Positions 1 to 8,328 of a stretch of 32,261 nt of DNA are shown one piece after another; positions within the stretch are counted from its first letter, which is position 1; every line of letters begins with the position of its first letter. The translations under genes were made by a program, and so were the position numbers. Origin of the DNA: an uncultured Pseudomonadota bacterium (GTDB taxonomy: Bacteria > Bdellovibrionota_B > Oligoflexia > Oligoflexales > Bog-1112); NCBI GenBank assembly GCA_937896265.1, contig CALBMD010000224.1, forward strand, positions 1 through 32,261, written 5' to 3'. Below the pieces are notes generated by a model. It did no database searches, was not told where the DNA came from, and worked only from the letters and a program-made list of their open reading frames with translations.

Positions 1-1323
1 ATTGAAGAAGCTAATCTCTTGGGTAAGACCGCCGCTAACCTAGTTCGAGAAAAAAGAAACCTCGAAGGGAAAATTTTCGACATCAGCGAAAAGATTAAAG
101 CAGCAGCAAAAGGACATGATAAAATTTTAGACTTTGATTTCCTTTCTTTTGTGGAAAAATTAGCCTCAATAGCAATACCAACAAGGTTTTTAAACAAGAC
201 TAGAAAAGAGCGTCTCGTTTACAGATCTTCCCTGCCAAGCCATAGTAGCCACCTAGCTGCAAAAGTTGCTAACGGCGGTTCTAAAGTACATACTCACAGC
301 GAGACTTTTTCAGATACCCCAGGGCAAAGTATTGGGTACCTAGGGGGTGCGCAAAAGCCCTCCCAATTCCTGATTCTTAATCCTGAAGCTAAACCTGAAT
401 CTAACCCTCTCTCTCTACCAACAAACACTTCCCTCAAGATCAATCAAGAGTTTGAGAGTGAGAGAGATCTAGACAGATTGGTTTTTGAGGGAATATTTTC
501 CAGATTCGCGGCGCTGCCGCATACCTGCAAGGTGAACGATTGCTCAAAATCAAACTTCTTGCGTGAATTTTATCGTAGGCAAAACCAAGGGAAAACCAGC
601 TTAGAGCTGCTTTTAACCACGCTTGCGTTCTGGGAAAATGATTATTACAGCCAGCAAACAAGCGATGGCCAAGCGCATTCTTTGGGCCGATTGTTCGTCG
701 ATTTGGCGGGTATTGTAGCTGCAAAGAAACGAATTATTTTGAAAAATCTGGATAAAAATCCTAACAAAATTGCGGCAATTCATGAGTTTTGCGAAGTGCG
801 ATGTTTTGATGTTTTTGAATTTTCTAGCTGGCTGTGGCAGGAAAAAGCACCACAGCGTGAAGATATCCAGAAATTTCTTGATGAGAGAGCTTGCAAGCAA
901 GATTCAGCCAATGACAATTCTTGGGAAGCTTACCTGCGCAACGAGCAATCCCAAGTAATTCCAATACCAGAGCAGAAAATTGCAGGTAGCGGACAAAAAG
1001 ATCAGGAAAGCATTGAGGAAGAAAGCGCATATGAAAGCATTGAAGAGGATCAGGAAGACCCATTGCAATTAGGCGCAATCCGTTTAGCGCCATCCTTGCC
1101 AAGATGTGATGAACTAAAAACGAAAGAAGAGCTGCGAGCAGAGATTCACAACGATAAAAGCATTAGGGCCATCCTAATGAAAATACAGCTAATCTGCGTC
1201 AAACGCAGCATTGAGAGCAAGGATGATGGTTGGATCAGCCGTTACAAGAATGAAATCGAGCCTGGAATTAAAAACTACCAAGATGCTATGACGGCTTATG
1301 CGGATCTTACTAGCGGGAGTTGA
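1..1323 (+). CDS. hypothetical protein, 5' end probably off-window
   Basis: Frame 1 is open from base 1, with no stop before the listed TTG at 19, to TGA at 1321-1323. The C-terminal third is acidic (EEESAYESIEEDQED). No family recognised by eye. Confidence 0.55.
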   Translation: MEEANLLGKTAANLVREKRNLEGKIFDISEKIKAAAKGHDKILDFDFLSFVEKLASIAIPTRFLNKTRKERLVYRSSLPSHSSHLAAKVANGGSKVHTHSETFSDTPGQSIGYLGGAQKPSQFLILNPEAKPESNPLSLPTNTSLKINQEFESERDLDRLVFEGIFSRFAALPHTCKVNDCSKSNFLREFYRRQNQGKTSLELLLTTLAFWENDYYSQQTSDGQAHSLGRLFVDLAGIVAAKKRIILKNLDKNPNKIAAIHEFCEVRCFDVFEFSSWLWQEKAPQREDIQKFLDERACKQDSANDNSWEAYLRNEQSQVIPIPEQKIAGSGQKDQESIEEESAYESIEEDQEDPLQLGAIRLAPSLPRCDELKTKEELRAEIHNDKSIRAILMKIQLICVKRSIESKDDGWISRYKNEIEPGIKNYQDAMTAYADLTSGS

Positions 1324-1438
1324 GATGTTTTCTAGCTTGAGAAATCGTCGACGTCCTAGGCTCAACAGGAAAGCTATGTAGGGTTTGGTACGGGTTAGAA
1401 AGAAGGTCCCCGCAGGAAATATAATACAGAATACGAAT

Positions 1439-1470
1439 GACATACAAACAGCCAAACACGTTTGTATGTC
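1439..1470 (+). terminator. perfect 11-bp stem / 10-nt loop hairpin, possible terminator or RNA element
   Basis: GACATACAAAC (1439-1449), loop AGCCAAACAC, GTTTGTATGTC (1460-1470). Only a weak T-run (ACTTTAATT) follows. Confidence 0.3.
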
Positions 1471-1588
1471 ACTTTAATTAGCTAAATTAGCTAGTTAAAG
1501 GTGAAAATACAAATATACAAATACATTCCTCCCCTGGGAAAAGAAGAAAGAAAAGAAGAAGAGAAAATATTTTAAGAGGTTTTCGGTC

Positions 1589-1975
1589 ATGGTGGTTTGT
1601 ATTTTGTATGTGATGATTGCAGCCTCGTTAAGGCTCCGAGGTAGCTCCGCAAACAACGCGGCCTCTCAGAAGTTTTCAAACGCCTTTCAGGCTCTCAGAA
1701 GCGGTTTGTTAACACTTTGGTGTCGTTTTGGATCAAAATCGATCACAGACGATTATAGGCGTTTTAATACCATTGTTCACCGAAAAGAGAAGACCGCCTC
1801 AAAAACTTTGTGGGCTGCTGTTGTCTTTGCCGCAACTGTTGCTCTTGCTATGCGTCTTACCATAATCAAAAATCGCCTCAAAAGCTGGTTTTCTACTGTT
1901 GTCGCAAAAGGTCAGAGAAATGTGCACTTGCTCTGTCACGATAACCCCACCCTAAGGAGAGCATCATACAATTAG
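1589..1975 (+). CDS. doubtful hypothetical ORF
   Basis: It is the only ORF of 60 aa or more in this stretch, but the composition is odd (rich in R, C, W) and there are no recognisable motifs. It may be non-coding. Confidence 0.2.
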   Translation: MVVCILYVMIAASLRLRGSSANNAASQKFSNAFQALRSGLLTLWCRFGSKSITDDYRRFNTIVHRKEKTASKTLWAAVVFAATVALAMRLTIIKNRLKSWFSTVVAKGQRNVHLLCHDNPTLRRASYN

Positions 1976-1986
1976 CTCAGGAATTA

Positions 1987-2208
1987 TTGCCAGGCCAAGC
2001 ACTTGCCAACAAAGTCCTTGATGAGGCGAGAAAGCGAAGCATTGTTGTAAACAAGCTCTTGATAGCGGCTAGCATCCAGCAAACGCTGTTCTATGATTGG
2101 GTGCGAGGGTACGGTGCACCCAACGAAATTAACATCGTCAGGCTTAACGCTTGCCTAGCCTTTCTCGCGGAGGAGCCTGCCCATGCGCTTGCAAACGACA
2201 AGGATTAG
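1987..2208 (+). CDS. small hypothetical protein, possibly HTH DNA-binding
   Basis: TTG start 4 nt after AGGAA (1979-1983). The 73-aa product has helix-rich, regulator-like sequence. It is the first of a chain of overlapping + strand ORFs leading into the SLT gene. Confidence 0.35.
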   Translation: MPGQALANKVLDEARKRSIVVNKLLIAASIQQTLFYDWVRGYGAPNEINIVRLNACLAFLAEEPAHALANDKD

Positions 2209-2443
2209 GGGTGGCTTATGGCGTAACCCAGAGCAAGAGCACCAAAGGATTGTGGAGAGGCTACGCAGTGCTCGCAGCCAAATCCAAAAGCCTCCGCCAG
2301 TGGCAAAGCCTCCTAGAACAATCAAATTTACAAGACCTATAGTCACTGTTGACCAAGAGTATCTAAGGGTTTTAGGACGCCTTAGACAGTCTGACCGAGA
2401 TGCAATCAAAAAGAAAAAACCAGGGAGACCCTATGAGCTTTGA
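2183..2443 (+). CDS. hypothetical basic protein
   Basis: 86-aa ORF that overlaps both neighbours in operon-like fashion. Rich in Pro, Lys and Arg. A competing frame at 2151-2342 cannot be excluded. Confidence 0.3.
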   Translation: MRLQTTRIRGGLWRNPEQEHQRIVERLRSARSQIQKPPPVAKPPRTIKFTRPIVTVDQEYLRVLGRLRQSDRDAIKKKKPGRPYEL

Positions 2444-2489
2444 GGATGTCCAGTTTTCAGGAAGCCATCTAAGAAAAGGAGGTGGAATT

Positions 2490-2966
2490 ATGCAAGTTGG
2501 ACAAAGAGATAAGCTCCTAACCCTGGTGAGAGATACCGCAAAAAAGTTTGAAATTGAACCGGAAATGTTAGATGCCATTGTAACCAAGGAGTCGACCTAT
2601 GACCCTTATGCAATGCAATATGAGCCTGATTTCATCTGGCTATCAACCCCGAGTAAGTTCGCAGCCGCCAATAAAACATCAGTCGAATTCGAAACAGAAC
2701 TGCAAAAGACTTCCTTAGGCCTATGCCAAATCATGGGCGGCACTGCCCGCGACGCAGGTCATAAAGGCCACCTAGTTCGGTTATTCGAGCCAAAGGCAAA
2801 TCTTACTATTTCGTGTCAGCATATAAGAAGGCTGCAAAAGCGCTATTCAAAACTAGAGGATATTATTTCTGCTTATAATGCTGGTTCTGTAAGGATGAAG
2901 GATAACCAATACAGCAATCAGGATTATGTCGATAGCGTTTTGGATTGGATGAGGAAGCTAAGATAA
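2490..2966 (+). CDS. lytic transglycosylase (SLT domain), candidate endolysin
   Basis: ATG at 2490 follows a strong AAGGAGG (2477-2483). The motif AIVTKESTYDPYAMQ carries the catalytic-Glu context, followed by GLCQIMG and AYNAG, as is typical of SLT/lysozyme-like proteins. The ORF is also open from 2400, and ATG 2433 is an alternative start. Confidence 0.8.
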   Translation: MQVGQRDKLLTLVRDTAKKFEIEPEMLDAIVTKESTYDPYAMQYEPDFIWLSTPSKFAAANKTSVEFETELQKTSLGLCQIMGGTARDAGHKGHLVRLFEPKANLTISCQHIRRLQKRYSKLEDIISAYNAGSVRMKDNQYSNQDYVDSVLDWMRKLR

Positions 2967-3029
2967 AGATCTTTATCTAATCCTAATTGGTCTGGGGACA
3001 GATCATTACTCAATTTAAAAGAGGAAAAT

Positions 3030-3335
3030 ATGGGAACTAATTATTATATAAGGCAATATTGTCAGCACTGCGGGGAGACATGGGTGACCAAGGAGCGCCA
3101 TGTTGGAAAGCAGTCTGCTGGCTGGAAATTTAATTTTAACTCCACGGAGATTAAGTCTTACGAAGACTGGGTGAAGTTCCTCCGCGAACATGAAAAATAT
3201 TTTACTAACGAGTACGGTGAGAAGATAAATGTAGATGACTTCTTGAAAGGAATAGAGGTCAATAAGAACGGGCATCATGAACTAGGAGAAGAGGTGCAGA
3301 ATGGTTGCCGGTTTCATGACGGTGATTTTTCATAG
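3030..3335 (+). CDS. hypothetical phage protein with N-terminal CxxC
   Basis: ATG follows AAGAGGAAAA. The 101-aa product has protein-like composition (MGTNYYIRQYCQHCG...HVGKQSAGWKF). Confidence 0.6.
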   Translation: MGTNYYIRQYCQHCGETWVTKERHVGKQSAGWKFNFNSTEIKSYEDWVKFLREHEKYFTNEYGEKINVDDFLKGIEVNKNGHHELGEEVQNGCRFHDGDFS

Positions 3336-3408
3336 TTCGGTCAAGGCGATCCTAGAGGCAGATAGGGCGTGGTGCAACTTAGTTTCAATAGAGGCAGGGG
3401 CGAGGAGC

Positions 3409-3681
3409 TTACTTTGCCACCTGCTTCTTTGAAAGGTTGTGTTGATCAATCAGAGTCATTACAGCCATCTTGATTACCGCTTGTCTGCCTGTTCCTAGCT
3501 CAGCAACAAATTCGTCGAGCCGATTAAGCATAGGAATGGGGAAGTCAACGTTGACCCTTTGAGATTCAATAAGCGGGGCTTTTCGGACCGGCTTGCTAAA
3601 GTATTGAGATACTTCCTCGCCACGGTCTGCCATGTTAGCTATTGTTTCGGCGTCGATGCTTTTTTTAGATGTTGTCTTCAT
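3409..3681 (-). CDS. brnA: BrnA-type antitoxin (RHH/CopG-like C-terminus)
   Basis: It overlaps the 3' end of the upstream DUF497 toxin gene by 17 nt. The C-terminal VNVDFPIPMLNRLDEFVAELGTGRQAVIKMAV is a ribbon-helix-helix pattern. Confidence 0.8.
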   Translation of the reverse strand: MKTTSKKSIDAETIANMADRGEEVSQYFSKPVRKAPLIESQRVNVDFPIPMLNRLDEFVAELGTGRQAVIKMAVMTLIDQHNLSKKQVAK

Positions 3682-3943
3682 ATTGTTTCCTTTCTCCAGG
3701 TGTTGATCTCCATAATGTCACAAAATGATAATATTCCCCGGTGTCATCTTCTCTTGGTTCATACACCAAAGAAATGAGTTTGTTACCAACGTAACCAATT
3801 ACCAAAAACTGATCCGGATCATCATTCTTCTGAAACTCCACATAATAATGTGAAAAGATAACCTGAGCTTCTTCAAAAGAGCACTTTCTATGCTTGTTCG
3901 CTTTTAGTTCTTTGCTCTTCTTTGGGTCCCAGGTAAAGCGCAC
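3665..3943 (-). CDS. brnT: BrnT-type (DUF497) ribonuclease toxin
   Basis: GTG start follows AGAGGGAA. The N-terminal FTWDPKKSKELKANKHRKCSFEEAQVIF matches the BrnT signature F-WD..K...N..KH.vsFeEA. It ends with a WRSTPGERKQY-like motif. Confidence 0.85.
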   Translation of the reverse strand: MRFTWDPKKSKELKANKHRKCSFEEAQVIFSHYYVEFQKNDDPDQFLVIGYVGNKLISLVYEPREDDTGEYYHFVTLWRSTPGERKQYEDNI

Positions 3944-3963
3944 GGTTATTCCCTCTATATAGC

Positions 3964-3980
3964 GGTATAACCATTATACC
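3964..3980. promoter_or_regulatory. dyad operator candidate upstream of brnTA
   Basis: GGTATAA-CCA-TTATACC is a perfect 7-bp inverted repeat lying 21 bp upstream of the brnT start. Confidence 0.4.
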
Positions 3981-4138
3981 TTTTTGCTTCGGTTAATTGC
4001 AAAAGAAAGTTGAGTGGAAATGTATAATCTATTGTTATCTAATATATTTTTTGATTTTATCCCTACTTCGCTTACATCCCCGCCATAAATGGCGAGGTTT
4101 TGCGCGAAGGGGATAAAGGTAGCCTAAAAACCCTTCCG

Positions 4139-4174
4139 ATTTAGAATTAGCTTTCTGACCCCACACTATATAGA
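4139..4174 (+). promoter_or_regulatory. conserved 36-bp promoter-like element, copy A
   Basis: ATTTAGAATTA-N12-CACACTATATAGA lies 23 bp upstream of the methyltransferase ATG. The same architecture occurs at 5572 and 9078. Confidence 0.5.
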
Positions 4175-4196
4175 TCAGAGAGTTGGGAGGGAAGCT

Positions 4197-4961
4197 ATGA
4201 ACTACAAAGTTAAATTTGGCGATATCTGGAAGCTGGGAAATCATCGACTGCTATGTGGTGATAGCACCGAACCAGCAATGATGGAACGCTTCCTGATCGG
4301 TCAGAATCCCGCCCTATGCGTGACTGATCCGCCTTATGGAGTTAACTACAAAGCCAGAGTAAGCAAACCGGCACTGTATGACCTGAAAGTCAAAAATGAC
4401 CATGTGGTGAGCTGGGGCGATGCGTTTAGGCTGTCTAAAGCTCCTGTGCTCTATGCTTGGTTTGGCTTTAAGGGCTTCGATATCGTTAGCCGTGCTATCA
4501 ATGATGCGGGCTATGACGTCAGGCAAATGCTCATTTGGGTCAAAAATCACTTTTCTCTACAGCGCTTCTTCTACCATCTTCAGCACGAACAATGCCTTTT
4601 GGCAGTCAGGCACGACGTCAAACAGGCCACTACCTGGACCGGAGACCGCAAGCAAAGATCTGTGTGGTTTGTTAATGGAGTGCGCCCAGGTCAGCGTATC
4701 CACCCGGCAGAGAAGCCAACAGGGGTCTATACCATCCCGATCATTAACCACACAAGAGAAGGCGATATCGTTGTCGACCTCTTTGCTGGTTCTGGCGTCT
4801 TATTTGAGGCCTGCGAGGCATTGCAGAGAGTCGGCCTAGGTATAGAGCTTTGTCCTGATGTTTGTTTTCGAATTATTGGGAGAATGGAACGTCTAGGGCT
4901 TGAGGTCTCAAAAGAGATTAACATTCTTGACGAATTAGAAACGGTTTTAGCCTGTTCATAG
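4197..4961 (+). CDS. DNA methyltransferase (N6/N4 type, DPPY ... FAGSG order), no partner restriction enzyme seen
   Basis: RBS GGGAGGGAAG. Motifs are GNHRLLCGDS, VTDPPYGV (motif IV) and the C-terminal VVDLFAGSGV (motif I), as in the N6_N4_Mtase family common in phages. Confidence 0.9.
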   Translation: MNYKVKFGDIWKLGNHRLLCGDSTEPAMMERFLIGQNPALCVTDPPYGVNYKARVSKPALYDLKVKNDHVVSWGDAFRLSKAPVLYAWFGFKGFDIVSRAINDAGYDVRQMLIWVKNHFSLQRFFYHLQHEQCLLAVRHDVKQATTWTGDRKQRSVWFVNGVRPGQRIHPAEKPTGVYTIPIINHTREGDIVVDLFAGSGVLFEACEALQRVGLGIELCPDVCFRIIGRMERLGLEVSKEINILDELETVLACS

Positions 4962-4974
4962 GAGAAAGTCAGCT

Positions 4975-5553
4975 ATGGGAATCGAATTCGACCTACGTGA
5001 CGTGCAAAAGTTCATTGAGTCCATCGACAAAGAAAACCAAAAGGCTATGCGATCTGCTGCTAATCGCAGCATTAACGCTATGCACAAAGAAGCGTGGAAG
5101 ATTGCGAAGGAGCGCTACAGCAAGCTGCCAAAGACCGAAGATCGAGATAAGAACGAGGCGTTTAACAGCCGTGTGACCAAGAGCGTTGATAGATCTGACC
5201 CAACGAGCTACAAGACGAAGTTAAAAGCAACTAAGGAGCCTTACAACGCGATCCATTCGGTTGTTGGCTCACGTTATCCAAGAGATCAGAAAGGCATTCC
5301 GGTTAAGCGAAGAGCACCAATCTATGTGAGGATAGCAGGAGAGAAGACGAAAGTTGGGAAAGCACAGTTTATCGGTAAGCCGAAAGCTACCGCTAGCAAA
5401 GACGTGACTCTGTTGCTTGCAAGAACTGAGGAAGGGCAGAAGAAAGAAACCTACAGCTCGCTCTATGATGTACTTTCCTTTCCAGAGAATGAAAAAAGAA
5501 TTGAAGCGGTCTTTAATAAGGTTGTGGATGAAGTTTACGGAAAAATGAAATAG
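4975..5553 (+). CDS. phage protein, possibly lambda gpZ-like tail completion protein
   Basis: The 192-aa basic protein has an N-terminal AMRSAANRSINAMHKEA segment and a basic central region that recall lambda gpZ / HK97 gp10-like proteins. The similarity was judged by eye only. Confidence 0.45.
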   Translation: MGIEFDLRDVQKFIESIDKENQKAMRSAANRSINAMHKEAWKIAKERYSKLPKTEDRDKNEAFNSRVTKSVDRSDPTSYKTKLKATKEPYNAIHSVVGSRYPRDQKGIPVKRRAPIYVRIAGEKTKVGKAQFIGKPKATASKDVTLLLARTEEGQKKETYSSLYDVLSFPENEKRIEAVFNKVVDEVYGKMK

Positions 5554-5571
5554 GCGTCATTACTGGGATTT

Positions 5572-5607
5572 ATTTAGAATTATACTTTTATTTCTACACT
5601 ATATAAA
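5572..5607 (+). promoter_or_regulatory. conserved 36-bp promoter-like element, copy B
   Basis: ATTTAGAATTA-N12-TACACTATATAAA lies at the start of the 310-bp gap preceding terS. Confidence 0.5.
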
Positions 5608-5623
5608 TTGGATTTAGTTGAGG

Positions 5624-5697
5624 AAACTCAATGAAAGCAAGATAAAATAATTATGGAATTTTTGAAATTGAAATCATTAAAACTCAATGAAATCAAG
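5624..5697 (+). repeat. two 18-bp direct repeats (candidate terminase-binding sites)
   Basis: AAACTCAATGAAAGCAAG (5624-5641) and AAACTCAATGAAATCAAG (5680-5697) match at 17 of 18 positions with a 56-bp period. Confidence 0.6.
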
Positions 5698-5794
5698 GGA
5701 AATACAGCGATGATCTCATAAAACCATTGTTTTTACTTGAAATTTACGCATAAAACTCTGCGGGTCCTTCCTGCCACGGTAGAATATCGGGTGC

Positions 5795-5806
5795 TCGGCG
5801 CGCCGA
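5795..5806. other. GC-rich perfect palindrome, candidate cosN core
   Basis: TCGGCGCGCCGA sits in a local GC-rich island within AT-rich DNA, 65 bp upstream of terS. Confidence 0.3.
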
Positions 5807-5870
5807 CTCTGCGAATATTTGTGGGGCTCTTAGCTCCACCAGTAGTCTATAAAAAAGAAAGGGTGTGAAT

Positions 5871-6353
5871 ATGTTGCAAACATTGAGTGAAACACAAAAG
5901 GCCTCTCTAGCACAACTGGAAAAACTGACTCAAATATCATTCAAGACTCTAGTGAAAAGATTAGCAGATGTCGAGCCAATTGAAGTTACTGCTCGTGAAA
6001 AATATTATCCACTCGGTGAAGCTCTTCGTGTCGTCTACAAACCTTCGCTTTTGGATCTCAACAAAGAACGCGCCCGTCTCGCCAAGTACCAAGGCGACAA
6101 GGTTAAGCTCGAAGTGCAAGAGATGAAAGGGATGCTCATCGATTCAGAAAAATGGCTCGCAGACTATTCGCAAAAAATAACTGGTTTCAAGGATAAAATG
6201 CTTGCTCTGCCGCTGAAACTTGCCGGTGAGGTTAGCATCTGTTCCGATGTCGAAGAAAACAGGATGCGCCTTACCTCCGCTGTCTATGAGGCACTAAACG
6301 ATCTAGCTTTTGCTCAAAAGGGTAATTATGAGGCACAAAAAGATAACCGCTAA
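5871..6353 (+). CDS. terminase small subunit (Nu1-like)
   Basis: ATG lies 7 nt after AGAAAGGG. It has an N-terminal HTH-like segment and a LDLNKERARLAKYQGDKVKLEVQEMKG coiled segment typical of small terminases. It sits immediately upstream of, and overlapping, terL. Confidence 0.75.
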   Translation: MLQTLSETQKASLAQLEKLTQISFKTLVKRLADVEPIEVTAREKYYPLGEALRVVYKPSLLDLNKERARLAKYQGDKVKLEVQEMKGMLIDSEKWLADYSQKITGFKDKMLALPLKLAGEVSICSDVEENRMRLTSAVYEALNDLAFAQKGNYEAQKDNR

Positions 6354-8136
6354 GCAAACGGTAGACGAGCTTTTTGCTATGTTCTTAGCTCCGCCACCAA
6401 GGCTATCGGTCAGTTCTTTTGCAGAAAAGGAACGTTACGCCTCTGTTGAAACATCGGCCTCATCTGGGCGATGGAAGAACATGCCATATCAGATAGCCAT
6501 GCAGGATAGCTACAAAGAGCCGAAGATTAAAACGGCTGTTTTCATGACAGCGACGCAAATTGGTAAAACCGAGATCATAAAGAACATAATAGCCTATTCC
6601 ATGGTCTATGATACAGGCAGCACGACTTTTATGTTGCCATCTGAGGCAGTCGCTAAGGATTACTCGAAAGCCCAACTTGGTCCTCTTATCCGCGACACTA
6701 AAATCCTGAGGGACAAAATCCCGTCGTCCCGCAAGGATGGCAATAATATTCTAAACAAGTCCTGGGTTGGTGGATACTTAAGGCTGGTCGGATCGCAAAC
6801 CGCGGATAAGCTTTCCTCGTTCCCGTCGCCAAGAATTTTCATCGATGAGTTAGACCGATGCACCCGATTAGTGCGTAATTCCGCTGGTATTGTTGAAGGA
6901 TCTCCTATCGATCTCTTTTTAGAGCGTTCTAAAAACTGGTCTAATCGTTTTGCTCTTTTCACCTCGACGCCAACCGTGGAAGGCGTATCACCCATAGAAA
7001 ATTGGTGGCTAAAATCGGATCAGCGCCTCCCTTTGGTGCCTTGTATCCATTGCGGATTTTACCAATTTCTAGAGTGGGAGCAGTTCACCTGGAAGGGGAA
7101 AGGTGACCCTAACACCACGCCAGACCGGGAATCATTTTGCTTTGAATGCAAAAGTTGTCACGAAACCTTTGACGACAAGAGCCGTAACAAATGGTTGCCG
7201 CTGCTGCGATGGGAGAAGCAAAGGCCTGAGGTTCAAGACATCGCGGGATTTCACATCAACGCTTTCTATTCGCCCTGGTCCTCGTGGATCGAGCTGTTCC
7301 AAAAACATCTCGACGCAGGGTCTAACCATGTCAAGCAAATGGTCTTTTGGAACACGACCCTAGGCAAACCATTTGCCATGAATTCTATCAAAACGCCAGA
7401 CTGGCAGAAGCTCTATGACCGCAAGCATAGCTACCAACGCTATACGATACCTGCCAAAGTGCGTATCCTCCTTGCTGCTGTTGATGTTCAGTTTGACCGC
7501 CTAGAGGTCTCTGTTATTGGCTTCTACAAGGCCCAAAGCTTTGTCATCACTCACGAGGTGATTCTAGGCAACACCTCAACTACTGATTCAGAGTGTTGGG
7601 GAGAGCTGGACGCGCTTTTGGGCCGTGATTGGGAACGTGAAGATGGTATGAAAATGGAAATTCACCGTGCTGCTATTGACGCCCATTACCAAACCAGCAC
7701 AGTTGCTCAATATGCTCGGGCTCGCAAAAAGATTGTCCCAGTTACTGGTATAGACAACTGGAAAACGGAGCTTTTGCCATCTCGGCCAATGAATTTGAAG
7801 CTAAATGGCAAGTCTCAGACCTCCGGCAAGCGCCGCTGGCCCATTGGTGTGTCGCTATTTAAGCTCGATCTCTATAACCGTTTGAAGCTAGAGCCAAACC
7901 AGGACGGCACTTTTCCGGCGGAATATATCCATTTCCCCGAAGGTCTGGGTGAAGAGTACTACAAGCAGCTCACCGGTGAGGTTTGTAAGCTAGAGCAAGA
8001 TATGCGTGGCAAGCCTAAAATGGTCTGGGAAAAGCAGCATGAAGCTGTTGAAGCTCTAGACTGCTTTGTCTACTGTTTGGCGCTAGTCAAGATCTGTGGC
8101 CTTCATCTGTGGAGCGAAGAGCGCTGGGCTGCCTAG
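6328..8136 (+). CDS. terminase large subunit, lambda GpA family
   Basis: FAEKERYAS...SSGRWKNMPYQIAMQDS...TATQIGKTE (Walker A-like) ...IFIDELDR (Walker B) matches the GpA pattern. The ORF is open from 6310, and ATG 6328 was chosen as the start. Confidence 0.92.
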   Translation: MRHKKITAKQTVDELFAMFLAPPPRLSVSSFAEKERYASVETSASSGRWKNMPYQIAMQDSYKEPKIKTAVFMTATQIGKTEIIKNIIAYSMVYDTGSTTFMLPSEAVAKDYSKAQLGPLIRDTKILRDKIPSSRKDGNNILNKSWVGGYLRLVGSQTADKLSSFPSPRIFIDELDRCTRLVRNSAGIVEGSPIDLFLERSKNWSNRFALFTSTPTVEGVSPIENWWLKSDQRLPLVPCIHCGFYQFLEWEQFTWKGKGDPNTTPDRESFCFECKSCHETFDDKSRNKWLPLLRWEKQRPEVQDIAGFHINAFYSPWSSWIELFQKHLDAGSNHVKQMVFWNTTLGKPFAMNSIKTPDWQKLYDRKHSYQRYTIPAKVRILLAAVDVQFDRLEVSVIGFYKAQSFVITHEVILGNTSTTDSECWGELDALLGRDWEREDGMKMEIHRAAIDAHYQTSTVAQYARARKKIVPVTGIDNWKTELLPSRPMNLKLNGKSQTSGKRRWPIGVSLFKLDLYNRLKLEPNQDGTFPAEYIHFPEGLGEEYYKQLTGEVCKLEQDMRGKPKMVWEKQHEAVEALDCFVYCLALVKICGLHLWSEERWAA

Positions 8137-8293
8137 GCGGCGACAATTGGGATTTTACCCAATCTATTTCATTTGAATCTTCTGGGGGAGCTATGTTTAC
8201 GCCTTCATATTCAGGATTTGAAAGCTTATCTCGAAACTTTTTCAGCGTTTTTTCATCAGGAAAATCTGGTTCTTTTTTTTCTTCTAATTTCAT
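8087..8293 (-). CDS. possible small acidic protein downstream of higA
   Basis: The 68-aa ORF starts 36 nt after the higA stop, and its 3' end overlaps the terL 3' end antisense by 50 nt. No family recognised. Confidence 0.2.
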   Translation of the reverse strand: MKLEEKKEPDFPDEKTLKKFRDKLSNPEYEGVNIAPPEDSNEIDWVKSQLSPPRQPSALRSTDEGHRS

Positions 8294-8328
8294 TTCTCTA
8301 CCTTTGAGCACTGGAGCAGCGAAACGGG

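Noticed and set aside
4139-4174. The ACACTATA(TA)GA half of the repeated element, together with the ATTTAG start, resembles the SP6/T7-type single-subunit RNA polymerase promoter (ATTTAGGTGACACTATAGAAG).
   Set aside because: No phage RNA polymerase gene is present in the window. The two halves are separated by about 17 extra bp, and there is an extra TA. An activator-dependent host-polymerase promoter is more parsimonious. It should be re-examined if an RNAP gene is found elsewhere on the replicon.
4035-4244. A 69-aa minus-strand ORF spans the methyltransferase promoter, and a 76-aa minus-strand ORF at 26429-26659 spans the right IR.
   Set aside because: Both cross promoter or IR sequence and overlap better-supported features. 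Neither has an RBS or motifs, so they are likely spurious.
5760-5845. GGGGCTCTTAGCTCCACCA looked like a tRNA 3' end (CCACCA).
   Set aside because: No T-loop consensus, anticodon arm or acceptor-stem pairing could be built. It more likely belongs to the cos/leader region.
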